A stretch of DNA of 55,607 bases from Candidatus Portnoybacteria bacterium RIFCSPHIGHO2_02_FULL_39_12 (GCA_001819555.1 MHMZ01000012.1:1-55607), one strand, 5' to 3'; shown: positions 7,092 through 17,021, counted from the first letter of the stretch. Translations and numbers: made by a program. The notes: generated from the letters alone by a model not told the origin.

Positions 7092-8809
7092 ATCGAAAAT
7101 TTGTCTCAATTTTTCTGCTTATCGCTTTAATCAGCTTAAACCTGACCGGTCTTTTTTATCCAAAAAACATTCAAGCTCAAACCGAAGTGCCGGTTAAGGA
7201 TGCTAAATCCATTACCACTCAAATCGCCAACGCCGTAAAAAGCCTGGCTAAAACAGCTTGGAAATACGCCAAGGACCATGCTTCCAGATGGGCGGTAAAA
7301 GTAGCTGATTGGGCTTGGCAAGAGGCCTTGGCCGCGGCTTTGGCCATAGTCAAGAAAAAAATCTTAGATATGCTGGTCAACGAGATTATTGTCTGGATTC
7401 AGGGCGGCGGCGAGCCGAAATTTATTACTGACTGGTGGGGATTTTTAAGCGAAGCAACCGGCGAAGCGGCCCAAAAATTCGTTCGGGAATTAACAGGAAC
7501 AGACATCTGTTCTCCTTTTAAGCCGCAAATCCTCATCGCCTTAGAGGAGCCGCAAACTTTCGGCCAAAGAGCCGCTTGCACCTTAGATGATATTGTGGGA
7601 AATATTGAAAATTTTTACGAGGATTTTCGCTATGGCGGCTGGGAGGGTTGGATTAAAATAACTGAACCGCAGAACAATTTTTACGGCGCCTTTCTTATGG
7701 CTCAAGACAGACAAATAGAATTAATGTCTCAAGCTAAAGAAGCGGCTCAAGCCAAAGGCATTGCCGGCGCCGGCTGGCTGGGCGATGAAAGATGCGTCAA
7801 GTGCGAGGCGCTTGACGAAGAAGCCGGAGAAATTGTGGAAGGCAATGATTCGGATGAATGTGAAGAATTATTTGAAATAGCTCCTGACACCTTCTTCTGC
7901 GAGGAAACAAAAACTTTTACGCCGGGAGACCTAGTGGGTCAGGCCGCGGCTAAAGCGGCTTTCACTGACATTGACTGGCTGGTTAATCTTACCTCTAAAT
8001 CAGAATTGGGCGCTTATTTAGCCGCCATTACCAATGCCTTAATTAATCGGGTGGTTAAAGAGGGTTTATCTATGGTCAAGGGAGTTCTCTCGGCTAATGA
8101 ACAAAACAATCCGCCTAGATATTTGCCTTCTGGCCGAACGCCTGATACCTCAATCTCATCCGCTTCGGTTGAATCAATAACCTTTGAGGATGGCTCAACT
8201 GAATCCTTAATCACTCTTGAAGTAGCCGAAACCGATGAGATTGCTATAACAATAGAAGGAAGAGAGTCAACCACTGGCCAGCTCGTCCCTTTAAGTAATT
8301 TTTCAGTGAGCGCCGCTAATGATAATCCAGCCGCGGCGGCCGTAGCGCCGGATTATCAAACCACTAACAGCCAAGGCCGAGCTATTTTTTCAGTAATGGG
8401 ACTTGAAGAAGGCTCTGCTATTATTTCTTTCCAAGCCGGCAGCCAAACCGCCACTCTATCAATTTCAATAACTGCCTCTACTTACAAACCCGACGAAGAC
8501 GAAGAAGAAACTCCGACAGATACAACTCCGCCAAACATTTCAATAACTTCGCCGCAAGACAACGCAACCGTTTCTGGCACAATTACTATCTCCGCGGACG
8601 CTTCAGATAATTCCGGAATTAAAGAAGTAATATTTTATCTGGACGGAATCCAAATAAGCGTTGTCACGACGCCCCCTTATCAAATTTCTTTTGACACTAA
8701 TACAATGGAAAATGGCCAACATTCAATCAAAGCAACGGCAATTGATTCTGCGAATAACCAAACAGATTATTCTATCATTGTTGATACGCAAAATACCATT
8801 TCTGAATGA
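7088..8809 (+). CDS. Secreted protein with two C-terminal Ig-like domains
   Basis: 573 aa with a signal peptide and an ATGA overlap with the previous gene. It has a Cys/acidic-rich middle region. The C-terminal Ig-like repeats (TVSGTITISADASDNSGIKEVIFYLDG...) resemble the C-terminus of the PBP at 26989-29619. Confidence 0.6.
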   Translation: MNRKFVSIFLLIALISLNLTGLFYPKNIQAQTEVPVKDAKSITTQIANAVKSLAKTAWKYAKDHASRWAVKVADWAWQEALAAALAIVKKKILDMLVNEIIVWIQGGGEPKFITDWWGFLSEATGEAAQKFVRELTGTDICSPFKPQILIALEEPQTFGQRAACTLDDIVGNIENFYEDFRYGGWEGWIKITEPQNNFYGAFLMAQDRQIELMSQAKEAAQAKGIAGAGWLGDERCVKCEALDEEAGEIVEGNDSDECEELFEIAPDTFFCEETKTFTPGDLVGQAAAKAAFTDIDWLVNLTSKSELGAYLAAITNALINRVVKEGLSMVKGVLSANEQNNPPRYLPSGRTPDTSISSASVESITFEDGSTESLITLEVAETDEIAITIEGRESTTGQLVPLSNFSVSAANDNPAAAAVAPDYQTTNSQGRAIFSVMGLEEGSAIISFQAGSQTATLSISITASTYKPDEDEEETPTDTTPPNISITSPQDNATVSGTITISADASDNSGIKEVIFYLDGIQISVVTTPPYQISFDTNTMENGQHSIKATAIDSANNQTDYSIIVDTQNTISE

Positions 8810-8854
8810 CAATAACAAAATATAACTTTTTAAAAAATTTAGAATAAATCGGTT

Positions 8855-11140
8855 ATGTCTTTTTCTTGGCTTAAAAATAAAAAAATACTTTTTAGTTTTC
8901 TATTAATATTTATTGTTAGTTCTTTGGGAGTTTTTGTTTTGAGAATTCAAAACGCAGACGCTGTGGTAAAAGAAGCAGTAGGCAAGGCAATCAACTGGGT
9001 GGCTGATTTTACTTTAGAAGGAATAATGTGGCTCATTGCCAAAATCGGCGCCATAATCCATACTCTTGTTTCAATATTTTTCTGGATTGCCGCTTTATTT
9101 TTACAAATGGTCTTTGGTATTGAAGAGTTTACTAAAGCCGGCGTGGTTCAAGTAGGCTGGATTTTAACTAGGGACTTAGTTAATCTGCTTTTCATCTTAG
9201 TTTTAATGGTCATTGCTTTTGCCACTATTTTGCGAATAGAATCCTATGGGCTTAAAACAGCTCTGCCCAAACTTCTTATTGCCGTTCTTTTAATTAATTT
9301 CAGCTTAGTTATCGCCGGAATTATTATTGATTTTTCTCAAGTTTTGACTCGTTTCTTTATTTCTGGCAGCTACGGGGCCCTAAGTGAACACATTGCCAGT
9401 ATCCTAAAAATCCAAAAAGTTTATGAATTAAACCCGGAAGCCAATGTCGGAGAAAAAATAGCTCAAGGATTGGGCGGAATAATAATGCTGATTGTCTCTA
9501 TTTTTTTGGGCATCTTTTTAATCTTAGCGGCGGCCGTAATCATCGGCTTAGGCGCTTTTCTTTTAATAGTGCGATTAATCGCTCTTTGGATTTTGTTGAT
9601 TTTAGCTCCTTTGGCTTGGTTTTTCTGGATTTTGCCAGCCACCCAAAAATTATGGACTGATTGGTGGCGTTCTTTTCTCAAATGGACTTTTTTCGCGCCT
9701 GTTTACGCTTTTTTTATTTATTTAGCGCTTCAGACAGCTGAAGGCGGCGGGTTTAGTAATATTATTTCTCAAGAAATGGAAAATATTGTCAATGCCGAGG
9801 GCTGGAGCGCTACTATAGCTAATTCTTTAGCCAGCACTCCGCGGCTCCTGCTTCAATTTATCGCTATCTTGGGGCTTTTGGTTGGCGGTTTAATCGCCGG
9901 CCAAAAATTAAGTCTCTACGGAGCTGATGGGACAATGAAAGTCGCCAAATGGATCGGCAAAGGCGCGGCGGGCTGGGCTAGCCGGCAAGCGACTCATATA
10001 CCACTGCCTTGGGCGCAAAGAATGGGTGGCTGGATATCAAGACGCGGAGAAGGTAGAACACAAAGGGGCGACGAAGGAAGAATTACCCAATTATTAAGAG
10101 GCGGCGGAGAGCTTTTACAAAAAACTAGAGGTCGAGGTGTATTTAGTCCGGGTGCTTGGCGAAGAGCTTGGCCCGCTTACAGAAAAGAAATAGAAGCCAT
10201 AGCTTATGCCCGGCCAACTGGCGCTCTGCGCGACCAATTAAATTTTATTTTCTCTTTAGGCAGAGCGAGAACTAGTTTTGAAGACCAAGCAATAGAAACG
10301 GAAGTTAATCGAAGAAAACAAGAAATAGCCGCAACCAACCGATCATCTCCTTATCTTTTAAGCGAATTAGGAAAAGCCGTTGCGGCTGGTCATCAGGTCG
10401 ATACCTCTGCTCTTATCCGCTTAATCTTTGAACAAAACGACCAGAATGATCTAATAACAAACACTCCATTTGGCGACCATGTTGACCATATTTACAGTGA
10501 CGAAAACTGCACTAATGTAGTTTATGATACTTTAAACCGAGTTGGCTTTACTGACGAACAGCAAGCAAAAATTGCTATGGACTTAGGTAATCTCGCTTAT
10601 ATGAGCGGCAATTATATGAATTTTGGCATGGGTAAATATGATAGCACGCAGCGACGCTTTAAGCGCGCTAGCCCACAAGAGCAAAGAGATGCCGCAGCCC
10701 GCAAGGCATCTGGCGTTAAAGCTCAAACTAAGGCTGATATGCTGCATTGGAATACGCTTGTAGAAGCAGTGCCTGTCTCTGTTGACCCAGACGGAATCGG
10801 TAATCTTCACGGAGGAGGAGAAGAATATTTAAGATATATGACGGATTCTGAAATAGGCCAATCAAATAGATTGCGTCGCGACTTTATAGAAAAGGCGGGT
10901 AGCGATAGAATCGCTCAGCAAATGAGAAACTTTTCCGATAGAGTGGAAAATGGCTATGATATTACTTATCTTGATCCGGATGGAGAAACAGTCACCAGAC
11001 ACATTTCAGCCGACACGAAACAAGCCGGGCTTATCAGAAAATTTGCTGCCCAATTAGAGGCATTAAGAACAGGCCGAAAACCCACTTGGTATGGGCCGCA
11101 AGAAGAACGTCAATATGGAGAGTTAAGATGGGTAACATAA
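8855..11140 (+). CDS. Polytopic membrane protein, VirB6/TrbL-like, with a large C-terminal soluble domain
   Basis: 761 aa. The first ~360 aa contain about 7-8 hydrophobic helices. This is followed by an Arg/Gly-rich linker and a ~350-aa hydrophilic domain. Its position next to PrgI-like and VirB4-like genes supports the call. Confidence 0.55.
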   Translation: MSFSWLKNKKILFSFLLIFIVSSLGVFVLRIQNADAVVKEAVGKAINWVADFTLEGIMWLIAKIGAIIHTLVSIFFWIAALFLQMVFGIEEFTKAGVVQVGWILTRDLVNLLFILVLMVIAFATILRIESYGLKTALPKLLIAVLLINFSLVIAGIIIDFSQVLTRFFISGSYGALSEHIASILKIQKVYELNPEANVGEKIAQGLGGIIMLIVSIFLGIFLILAAAVIIGLGAFLLIVRLIALWILLILAPLAWFFWILPATQKLWTDWWRSFLKWTFFAPVYAFFIYLALQTAEGGGFSNIISQEMENIVNAEGWSATIANSLASTPRLLLQFIAILGLLVGGLIAGQKLSLYGADGTMKVAKWIGKGAAGWASRQATHIPLPWAQRMGGWISRRGEGRTQRGDEGRITQLLRGGGELLQKTRGRGVFSPGAWRRAWPAYRKEIEAIAYARPTGALRDQLNFIFSLGRARTSFEDQAIETEVNRRKQEIAATNRSSPYLLSELGKAVAAGHQVDTSALIRLIFEQNDQNDLITNTPFGDHVDHIYSDENCTNVVYDTLNRVGFTDEQQAKIAMDLGNLAYMSGNYMNFGMGKYDSTQRRFKRASPQEQRDAAARKASGVKAQTKADMLHWNTLVEAVPVSVDPDGIGNLHGGGEEYLRYMTDSEIGQSNRLRRDFIEKAGSDRIAQQMRNFSDRVENGYDITYLDPDGETVTRHISADTKQAGLIRKFAAQLEALRTGRKPTWYGPQEERQYGELRWVT

Positions 11141-11152
11141 ATAAAAAAGCTA

Positions 11153-12085
11153 ATGAATAATTTTAAACTACTCACTCAAGAACAATTAAAAGACCCTGTG
11201 GTCGCGGAAAAAATCAAGAAATTAGCGGGGGATATTATTCGGCATATGATGACCAAAGAGGCCTATAATTTATTTTTGAACTTAGAAAAATCTTTAGCTG
11301 CCGTTAATTTAAAAACTGCATTCCCTAAATTAGCTCAGGAATATGAAAGGCTGGTTATTCAGCTAAAATTAACCGCCTTGCCTATGCTTAATAACGAAGA
11401 AACAGTTAGAGTTATTAAAGAACATTTCTTAGAGAGCTTAGAAGTTAATATTTTTAATGGCTTTAAAGTGAATATTGACATAGAAAACCGATTAACCGCT
11501 AAGTTGTTTTCTATTCCCCTAACGCCGCGAGATGACCTTCGCCAAGGGCTTCAAAGCGCAGTTCAAAACAATCAGCAAAAAATCGGTGCGCTAACGATTA
11601 GTCAATGGATTAGCGATTATAATAATTTTTCTCACCCTGACCAAAGAACCAATATCTCGCCAAGAGAATATCTGCTTTCTAGCCGACAGGTTAGCGGACT
11701 TTCCGAAGAAGATAAAAACAAGCTCTATACGCTTTTTCATGTTTATGACCATCTGCTTTTAGTCACGCCAGTGATGAGCGAAGAAGAAATGCGGGAAATT
11801 ATTGGTTCGCCAGCTCGGTCGCCTGTTCAAAAACCCATGCCAACCAAACCGGAAAAACCGGCTCTTCCATTAACCGCCCAGCCACATCCCCTTCCTCCGC
11901 TTCCGGTCCGGCCGCCAATGCCGCCATCAACCCAACCACCCCCTCCCCTATCTTCTGCTTATGAATCGCGAAGAACCATCCGTTTGCGCGATGACCGCTA
12001 TCTGGAGCCAATTGAAGAAATGTCGAGGCCGAAACAAACAGAGCCCAGAATAGAGGGGAATGTGGTAGATTTAAAAAGTCGTTAA
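11153..12085 (+). CDS. Hypothetical protein with a proline-rich C-terminal region
   Basis: 310 aa with a C-terminal PxP-rich tract (PKPMPTKPEKPALPLTAQPHPLPPLPVRPPMPPSTQPPPP), reminiscent of VirB10/TonB-type linkers. Confidence 0.5.
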   Translation: MNNFKLLTQEQLKDPVVAEKIKKLAGDIIRHMMTKEAYNLFLNLEKSLAAVNLKTAFPKLAQEYERLVIQLKLTALPMLNNEETVRVIKEHFLESLEVNIFNGFKVNIDIENRLTAKLFSIPLTPRDDLRQGLQSAVQNNQQKIGALTISQWISDYNNFSHPDQRTNISPREYLLSSRQVSGLSEEDKNKLYTLFHVYDHLLLVTPVMSEEEMREIIGSPARSPVQKPMPTKPEKPALPLTAQPHPLPPLPVRPPMPPSTQPPPPLSSAYESRRTIRLRDDRYLEPIEEMSRPKQTEPRIEGNVVDLKSR

Positions 12086-12092
12086 CATTACT

Positions 12093-12371
12093 ATGCAATT
12101 CAATATCCCCCAATTCATTGAAGTAGAAGATAAAATTATTGGCCCGCTCACCTTAAAACAGTTTCTTTTTCTGGCGGCTGGCGGAGCGATTTTATTCATC
12201 GCCTGGTTTTTCTTAAAGCTCTGGGCTTTTCTTGTCCTGGCTATTCCGATCGGTTTAATTGCCGTTGTCTTGGCTTTTTATAGGGTCAATGGCCGGCCGT
12301 TTATCGCTTTTATCGGTTCTTTGATTGGTTATCTAACCAAGCCGAGATTGTATATCTGGAGAAAGAAATAA
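12093..12371 (+). CDS. PrgI/VirB3-like small membrane protein
   Basis: 92 aa. The N-terminal IEVEDKIIGPLTLKQFLFL is followed by two TM helices, as in PrgI-family proteins. It lies immediately upstream of the VirB4-like genes. Confidence 0.6.
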   Translation: MQFNIPQFIEVEDKIIGPLTLKQFLFLAAGGAILFIAWFFLKLWAFLVLAIPIGLIAVVLAFYRVNGRPFIAFIGSLIGYLTKPRLYIWRKK

Positions 12372-12375
12372 AACT

Positions 12376-13023
12376 ATGCCGCAAAAACTATCAGCCGCTT
12401 CAATTCAAAAACATTTAGAAATTAAAGAAATCAAAGACGACGCTCTGGTCCTAAAAAGCGGGGGGCTAAGGGCAATTTTAATGTGTTCAAGCGTTAACTT
12501 TGCCTTAAAATCAACGGAAGAACAGGACGCCCTGATTTACAAATATCAGGAATTTCTTAACGGCCTGGACTTCCCTGTTCAAATTATGGTCGCTTCGCGG
12601 AAATTTAATATTGACCCCTATATTCAAATGCTTCAATTCAAAGAAAAAGAACAGGAGAACGAGCTATTAAGAGTTCAGACCGCCGAATACATTGATTTTA
12701 TTAAGGGGCTGACCGAAATGGCCAATATTATGACCGAATCTTTTTATCTGGTGGTGCCGTTTAATCCTTCGCCGATTAAAATCGGCTTTTTTGACAAATT
12801 ATTCAGCCGTGAAAAATCAGAAGCCAAAGAACAAGCATTTCAAGAATTAAAAACCCAGCTTTGGCAAAGGGTGGAGTTTGCGATAAGCGGCCTAAAGGGC
12901 ATGGGCATAAGAGCAATCCCCTTAAATACCGAAGAGATGATTGAATTATTTTATAAACTCTATAATCCGTCGGCTAAAGAAGATTTGGAATTGAAGAAAG
13001 CAAAGGAAATGCGGTTGCAGTAA
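12376..13023 (+). CDS. Hypothetical protein resembling the N-terminal region of VirB4/TrbE ATPases
   Basis: 215 aa. The pattern LEIKEIKDDALVLKSGGLRAILMCSSVNFALKSTEEQDAL is typical of the first ~100 aa of Gram-positive VirB4 homologues. It has no Walker motifs. Confidence 0.45.
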   Translation: MPQKLSAASIQKHLEIKEIKDDALVLKSGGLRAILMCSSVNFALKSTEEQDALIYKYQEFLNGLDFPVQIMVASRKFNIDPYIQMLQFKEKEQENELLRVQTAEYIDFIKGLTEMANIMTESFYLVVPFNPSPIKIGFFDKLFSREKSEAKEQAFQELKTQLWQRVEFAISGLKGMGIRAIPLNTEEMIELFYKLYNPSAKEDLELKKAKEMRLQ

Positions 13024-13142
13024 ATGTTAGAATTGTTAAATCATTCGCTTTGCTCATTTGTTAAAATTGTTAAAATTGTACAATAACAAAGCGAAGCGAT
13101 ATAACACTTCTAACATCTCTAACGATTCTAACAATTCTAACA
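13024..13142. repeat. Palindromic repeat, family E (ATGTTAGAATTGTT ... AACACTTCTAACAT), filling an intergenic spacer
   Basis: Imperfect long inverted repeat that shares its arms with 37602-37701. It occupies the entire gap from the stop codon to the next ATG. Confidence 0.75.
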
Positions 13143-14936
13143 ATGATGAAATTATTCAAAAAACGCTCCCAAAAAATAACTCAAGAAGAAATCCCAGCCA
13201 AAGAGACTTCTGTTATTGACCTTATTTCCCCGGCCGGTTTAAAAATCGGCTCCAATGAACTGCAAATTGAAGAAAAATACTGCCGGACGATTTTTATTTT
13301 TACCTATCCCCGGGTCTTGGCCACCGGCTGGTTTTCGCCGATTATTACTTTAGACCGAGAAATGAATATCTCAATGTTTATTCATCCGGCTGAAACCGGC
13401 TTGGTCTTAAAAAATTTAGAAAAAAAGACAGCCCAGGTCTCATCGCAAATAACTCTTCAGCAGGAAAAAGGCAAAGTCAGGGACCCGGTCTTGGAAACCG
13501 CGCTCAAAGACATTGAAGAATTAAGAGACCGGCTTCAGCAGGGCACGGAACGGCTTTTTAAATTCGGTCTTTATATTACTTTTTTCGCTGACTCGCCTGA
13601 AAAACTAAATGAAATTGAAAATGAAATCAGAGCGCTTCTTGAAACAAAAATGGTTTACGCCAAGCCGGCTGTTTTCCAACAAGAGCAGGGCTTTATTTCC
13701 ACCCTCCCCTTAGAAGAAGACAAGCTCCTGATTCATAATAGCTTTAATACTACTCCCCTCTCTTTGTCCTTCCCTTTTATCTCATCCGATTTATCTGATA
13801 ATAAGGGCGTGCTTTACGGCATCAACCGGCATAATAATTCTTTGATTTTATTTGACCGATTTAGCTTGGAGAATCCGAACTTTTGTTTATTCGGTGTCTC
13901 CGGCGGAGGCAAAAGCTATTTTGTCAAACTGGAAGTTCTTCGTTCTTTAATGCAAGGAACCGAAGTCATCATCATTGACCCGGAAAAAGAATATAAATAT
14001 CTGGCCGAAACAGTCGGCGGCAGTTTTATTGATATTTCTTTAAGCTCCCCCCACCATCTCAATCCTTTTGATTTGCCTCTGGTCGGCCAGGATGAAAATC
14101 CGGCTGACGCTTTCAGAAGTAATATTATCAATCTGGTCGGGCTGTTTAGAATAATGCTTGGCGGTTTGACGCCCGAAGAAGACGCCATTATGGATAAAGC
14201 CATTGCTGAAACTTACGCTTCCAGAGACATTACAGCGGAATCGGATTTTTCCAAAATCACGCCGCCTCTGATGTCAGACCTTTACACGGTTTTAAAAAGC
14301 ATTATTGGCGGCGAAAAATTAGCAATCCGCTTGGAAAAATACGTCAGCGGCAGTTACGCCGGATTTTTCAACCAGCCGACCAATGTTCAATTAAAAAAGA
14401 AATTAGTGGTTTTTAGCATCCGCGATCTGGAAGAAGAATTAAGGCCTTTGGCGATGTTTGTCATCCTCCGTTATGTCTGGAATATCATCCGCTCTGAATT
14501 GAAAAAAAGAATTTTGGTGGTTGACGAGGCCTGGTGGATGATGCGATATGAAGACGGCGCTTCTTTTCTTTTCGGCATCGCCAAAAGAGCCAGAAAATAT
14601 TACCTGGGGCTAACAACCATCACTCAAGACATAGCCGACTTTATGAAGTCAAAATACGGCAAGCCGATTGTGACCAATTCGTCGCTTCAGCTTTTGATGA
14701 AGCAATCGCCGGCCACTATTGAAGTGGTCAAAGAGACCTTTAATTTAACCGAGCAGGAAAAATATATGCTTTTGGAATCCAGCGTCGGCGAAGGCATTTT
14801 CTTTGCCGGCTTAAAGCATGTGGCGATTAAAGTGGTCGCCTCTTATACCGAAGACCAGATTATTACCACTGACCCGGCCCAATTATTGGCCATAGAAAAA
14901 GCTAAAGAAGAGCTGGCGAGAGAGGAAGGAAAATAA
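13143..14936 (+). CDS. virB4: VirB4/TraC-like type IV secretion ATPase
   Basis: 597 aa with Walker A GVSGGGKS and Walker B ILVVDEAW. The N-terminal YPRVLATGWFSPI motif is typical of the VirB4 family. Confidence 0.85.
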   Translation: MMKLFKKRSQKITQEEIPAKETSVIDLISPAGLKIGSNELQIEEKYCRTIFIFTYPRVLATGWFSPIITLDREMNISMFIHPAETGLVLKNLEKKTAQVSSQITLQQEKGKVRDPVLETALKDIEELRDRLQQGTERLFKFGLYITFFADSPEKLNEIENEIRALLETKMVYAKPAVFQQEQGFISTLPLEEDKLLIHNSFNTTPLSLSFPFISSDLSDNKGVLYGINRHNNSLILFDRFSLENPNFCLFGVSGGGKSYFVKLEVLRSLMQGTEVIIIDPEKEYKYLAETVGGSFIDISLSSPHHLNPFDLPLVGQDENPADAFRSNIINLVGLFRIMLGGLTPEEDAIMDKAIAETYASRDITAESDFSKITPPLMSDLYTVLKSIIGGEKLAIRLEKYVSGSYAGFFNQPTNVQLKKKLVVFSIRDLEEELRPLAMFVILRYVWNIIRSELKKRILVVDEAWWMMRYEDGASFLFGIAKRARKYYLGLTTITQDIADFMKSKYGKPIVTNSSLQLLMKQSPATIEVVKETFNLTEQEKYMLLESSVGEGIFFAGLKHVAIKVVASYTEDQIITTDPAQLLAIEKAKEELAREEGK

Positions 14937-14972
14937 GCAAATTTAAAAATTTCTAATGTCTGCCAATAAATT

Positions 14973-15050
14973 AGCAAGATAAGCGAGATAAGCTAATAAG
15001 TAAATTAAGCTTATTTTACTTATTTTACTTAATTTACTTATTTTACTTAC
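14973..15050. repeat. AT-rich palindromic repeat, family F (AAGTAAATTAAGCTTA core)
   Basis: Shares AGCAAGATAAGC and AAGTAAATTAAGCTTATTTTACTT modules with 44814-44862 and 49598-49659. Confidence 0.75.
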
Positions 15051-15051
15051 T

Positions 15052-15540
15052 ATGCCCGATTATAGCGGACAATTAACTCAAGTCAGACAACAAGAAGGGG
15101 TTAAAAAAGCTTCTCTACGAATAAAACTGCCGGCCTTAATCGCCCATAGAATGAAAAAGGCCGTAGCCGACAAAGAAAGCTGGGCCTGGCCTTTTGCATT
15201 TATCTTAGCTCTTTTTAATGATGGAGTTGATTTATTAGGATTAGGAGCAATCCCTATTTTAGGAGATTTTCTTGATATTTTTTGCGGAATAATTTTAACA
15301 ATGTTTCTTTGGGATATCGGGTGGACGATTAAGTGGAAAATTAGAATTGCTATTTGGTTAGCTGCTGGCTTAGAAATAATTTTGGGACTGGCTATTCTGC
15401 CGGAACTTATCCCGTTTTGGCTTCTCTCTGTCTGGTACGCTCATCATCAAGTTAATAAAAAAGCGGAAATAGCTGAAAGAGGATTGAAAAAATATAGGGC
15501 CGGCAAGATTGACCGAGAAGCCGCAGCGGAGTTTAGTTAA
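15052..15540 (+). CDS. Hypothetical integral membrane protein
   Basis: 162 aa with about 4 hydrophobic helices. It lies within the secretion-like operon. Confidence 0.55.
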   Translation: MPDYSGQLTQVRQQEGVKKASLRIKLPALIAHRMKKAVADKESWAWPFAFILALFNDGVDLLGLGAIPILGDFLDIFCGIILTMFLWDIGWTIKWKIRIAIWLAAGLEIILGLAILPELIPFWLLSVWYAHHQVNKKAEIAERGLKKYRAGKIDREAAAEFS

Positions 15541-15543
15541 AAT

Positions 15544-16233
15544 ATGTTAAAAAATCAAAAAATTAAAATCTATCTATTGCTTTTTGTCTTATGTTTTTTA
15601 GTTATTTTTTCCAGCCAAGCCCAAAGTTCAAAACCGGAGATTACCTTAACCTGGTCAACAAACAGCTATATTCCCTTTAATTATCCGGGCAAAGCTCTAC
15701 CGACTAAAGGCAGTTTAATAGAGGCGGCCACGACGATTGAATCAAAAACCGTCAATCCGGAAGCCCTGTATTATTACTGGTATTTAGATGATAATTTACA
15801 AAGAAACAAATCCGGCCCGGGAAAACTAACTTTTGAATTTTTTGCGGCCGAAGAAGCGGGTCAATCTCATCGAGTAAAACTTTGGCTTAAAAGCCAAGAT
15901 AACGGCTCAATCCTTGAAAAAACCATTGAAATTAAAATAGTCGCCCCCCAGGTCTATATCAAGGGTCCAGCTTTTATTACGGCTGAACAAGAAAAACAAT
16001 TTATTGCCCTGCCTTATTTTTTCAATATTAAAAATATCAATGAATTAAGGTATAATTGGAGTATAGACGAAAAAGAAGCCCGGGAAGCAGAGCTTCAAAA
16101 TCCAAATATTCTAACTCTAAAAATCGGCCAAGTCGCTAAGACAATAACTAAAAACTTAAAGCTTTTAACAGAAAACAAAAACAGCCCCCAACAGAAAACG
16201 GAAACTCGCTTAAAAATTACTTTAACGCCATGA
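15544..16233 (+). CDS. Hypothetical secreted protein
   Basis: 229 aa with an N-terminal signal peptide. Overlaps the next gene by 4 bp. Confidence 0.55.
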   Translation: MLKNQKIKIYLLLFVLCFLVIFSSQAQSSKPEITLTWSTNSYIPFNYPGKALPTKGSLIEAATTIESKTVNPEALYYYWYLDDNLQRNKSGPGKLTFEFFAAEEAGQSHRVKLWLKSQDNGSILEKTIEIKIVAPQVYIKGPAFITAEQEKQFIALPYFFNIKNINELRYNWSIDEKEAREAELQNPNILTLKIGQVAKTITKNLKLLTENKNSPQQKTETRLKITLTP

Positions 16234-17021
16234 AAAAATTCTCAATTTTTGTTATTATTATATTCGCCTTACTATCTGCTTATTCTGTTTCTGCCGCCTA
16301 TCAGTTAGAAACTACTTATCCCGAAATAGAGGGCGTTAAGGCCACAAGCGAATTAACTTCTTTTATCAGATATATCTATATCTACGGCTTAGCAACTATC
16401 GGCCTTGTTGCCTTGGGCGCTTTGGTAATCGGGGGTATAATGTATATGGGCGCTGGAAGCATTACCAGCGCCGAAGAAGCGAAAAAAATAATCTGGGGAG
16501 CAATTGGGGGTCTGCTTTTGGGTTTAGGCGCTTATTTAATTCTAAATACCATTAATCCGGATTTGCTTAAGTTAAAAAAACCAGAGGTGAAGTCCTTTTC
16601 TTTAAGAAAAGAAGAAGAAGCGGCTTATAGAACAGCCAGCGAACAATCGGCCCGTTCGCAATTAAGCCAAGCCGGTATTAATACAAAAAGAGAATGCCAG
16701 CCCAACGAATCTACAGGATGCGTTACTTTTGACGGTATAAGAGAAAATACTCTCAATGAAGTAATTGGCCTTAAAAGAGATTGTGGATGCGATATATATG
16801 TTTCGGGCGCAAGAGAATCCGGCCATCGCGCCGGCTCAAGAAGTCATCAAACTGGCCATAAAATTGACATTCATCTGAATGACCCCTTAAATAATTACAT
16901 TTCAGAAAATTTTAAACGGGTTGGCACTCGGCCAAGCGATCAGGCGCCACTATATGAAAATCCCCAAACCGGCAATCTTTATGCCAAAGAAAGCGATCAT
17001 TGGGATATTTTTGTTCGTTAA
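16230..17021 (+). CDS. T4SS pilin-like (TrbC/VirB2-like) N-terminal module fused to a putative LAS/M15-type zinc peptidase domain
   Basis: 263 aa with a signal peptide and two hydrophobic helices ending in LILNTINPDL. The C-terminal domain carries SHQTGHKIDIH and ESDHWDI, which resemble the HxxGxAxD and ExxH(W) motifs of M15 cell-wall peptidases. Confidence 0.5.
   Translation: MKKFSIFVIIIFALLSAYSVSAAYQLETTYPEIEGVKATSELTSFIRYIYIYGLATIGLVALGALVIGGIMYMGAGSITSAEEAKKIIWGAIGGLLLGLGAYLILNTINPDLLKLKKPEVKSFSLRKEEEAAYRTASEQSARSQLSQAGINTKRECQPNESTGCVTFDGIRENTLNEVIGLKRDCGCDIYVSGARESGHRAGSRSHQTGHKIDIHLNDPLNNYISENFKRVGTRPSDQAPLYENPQTGNLYAKESDHWDIFVR

Noticed and set aside
11799-12113. 104-aa minus-strand ORF.
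   Set aside because: It lies antisense to the proline-rich tail of the 11153-12085 gene. GC-rich Pro codons create an open Gly/Ala-rich shadow frame.
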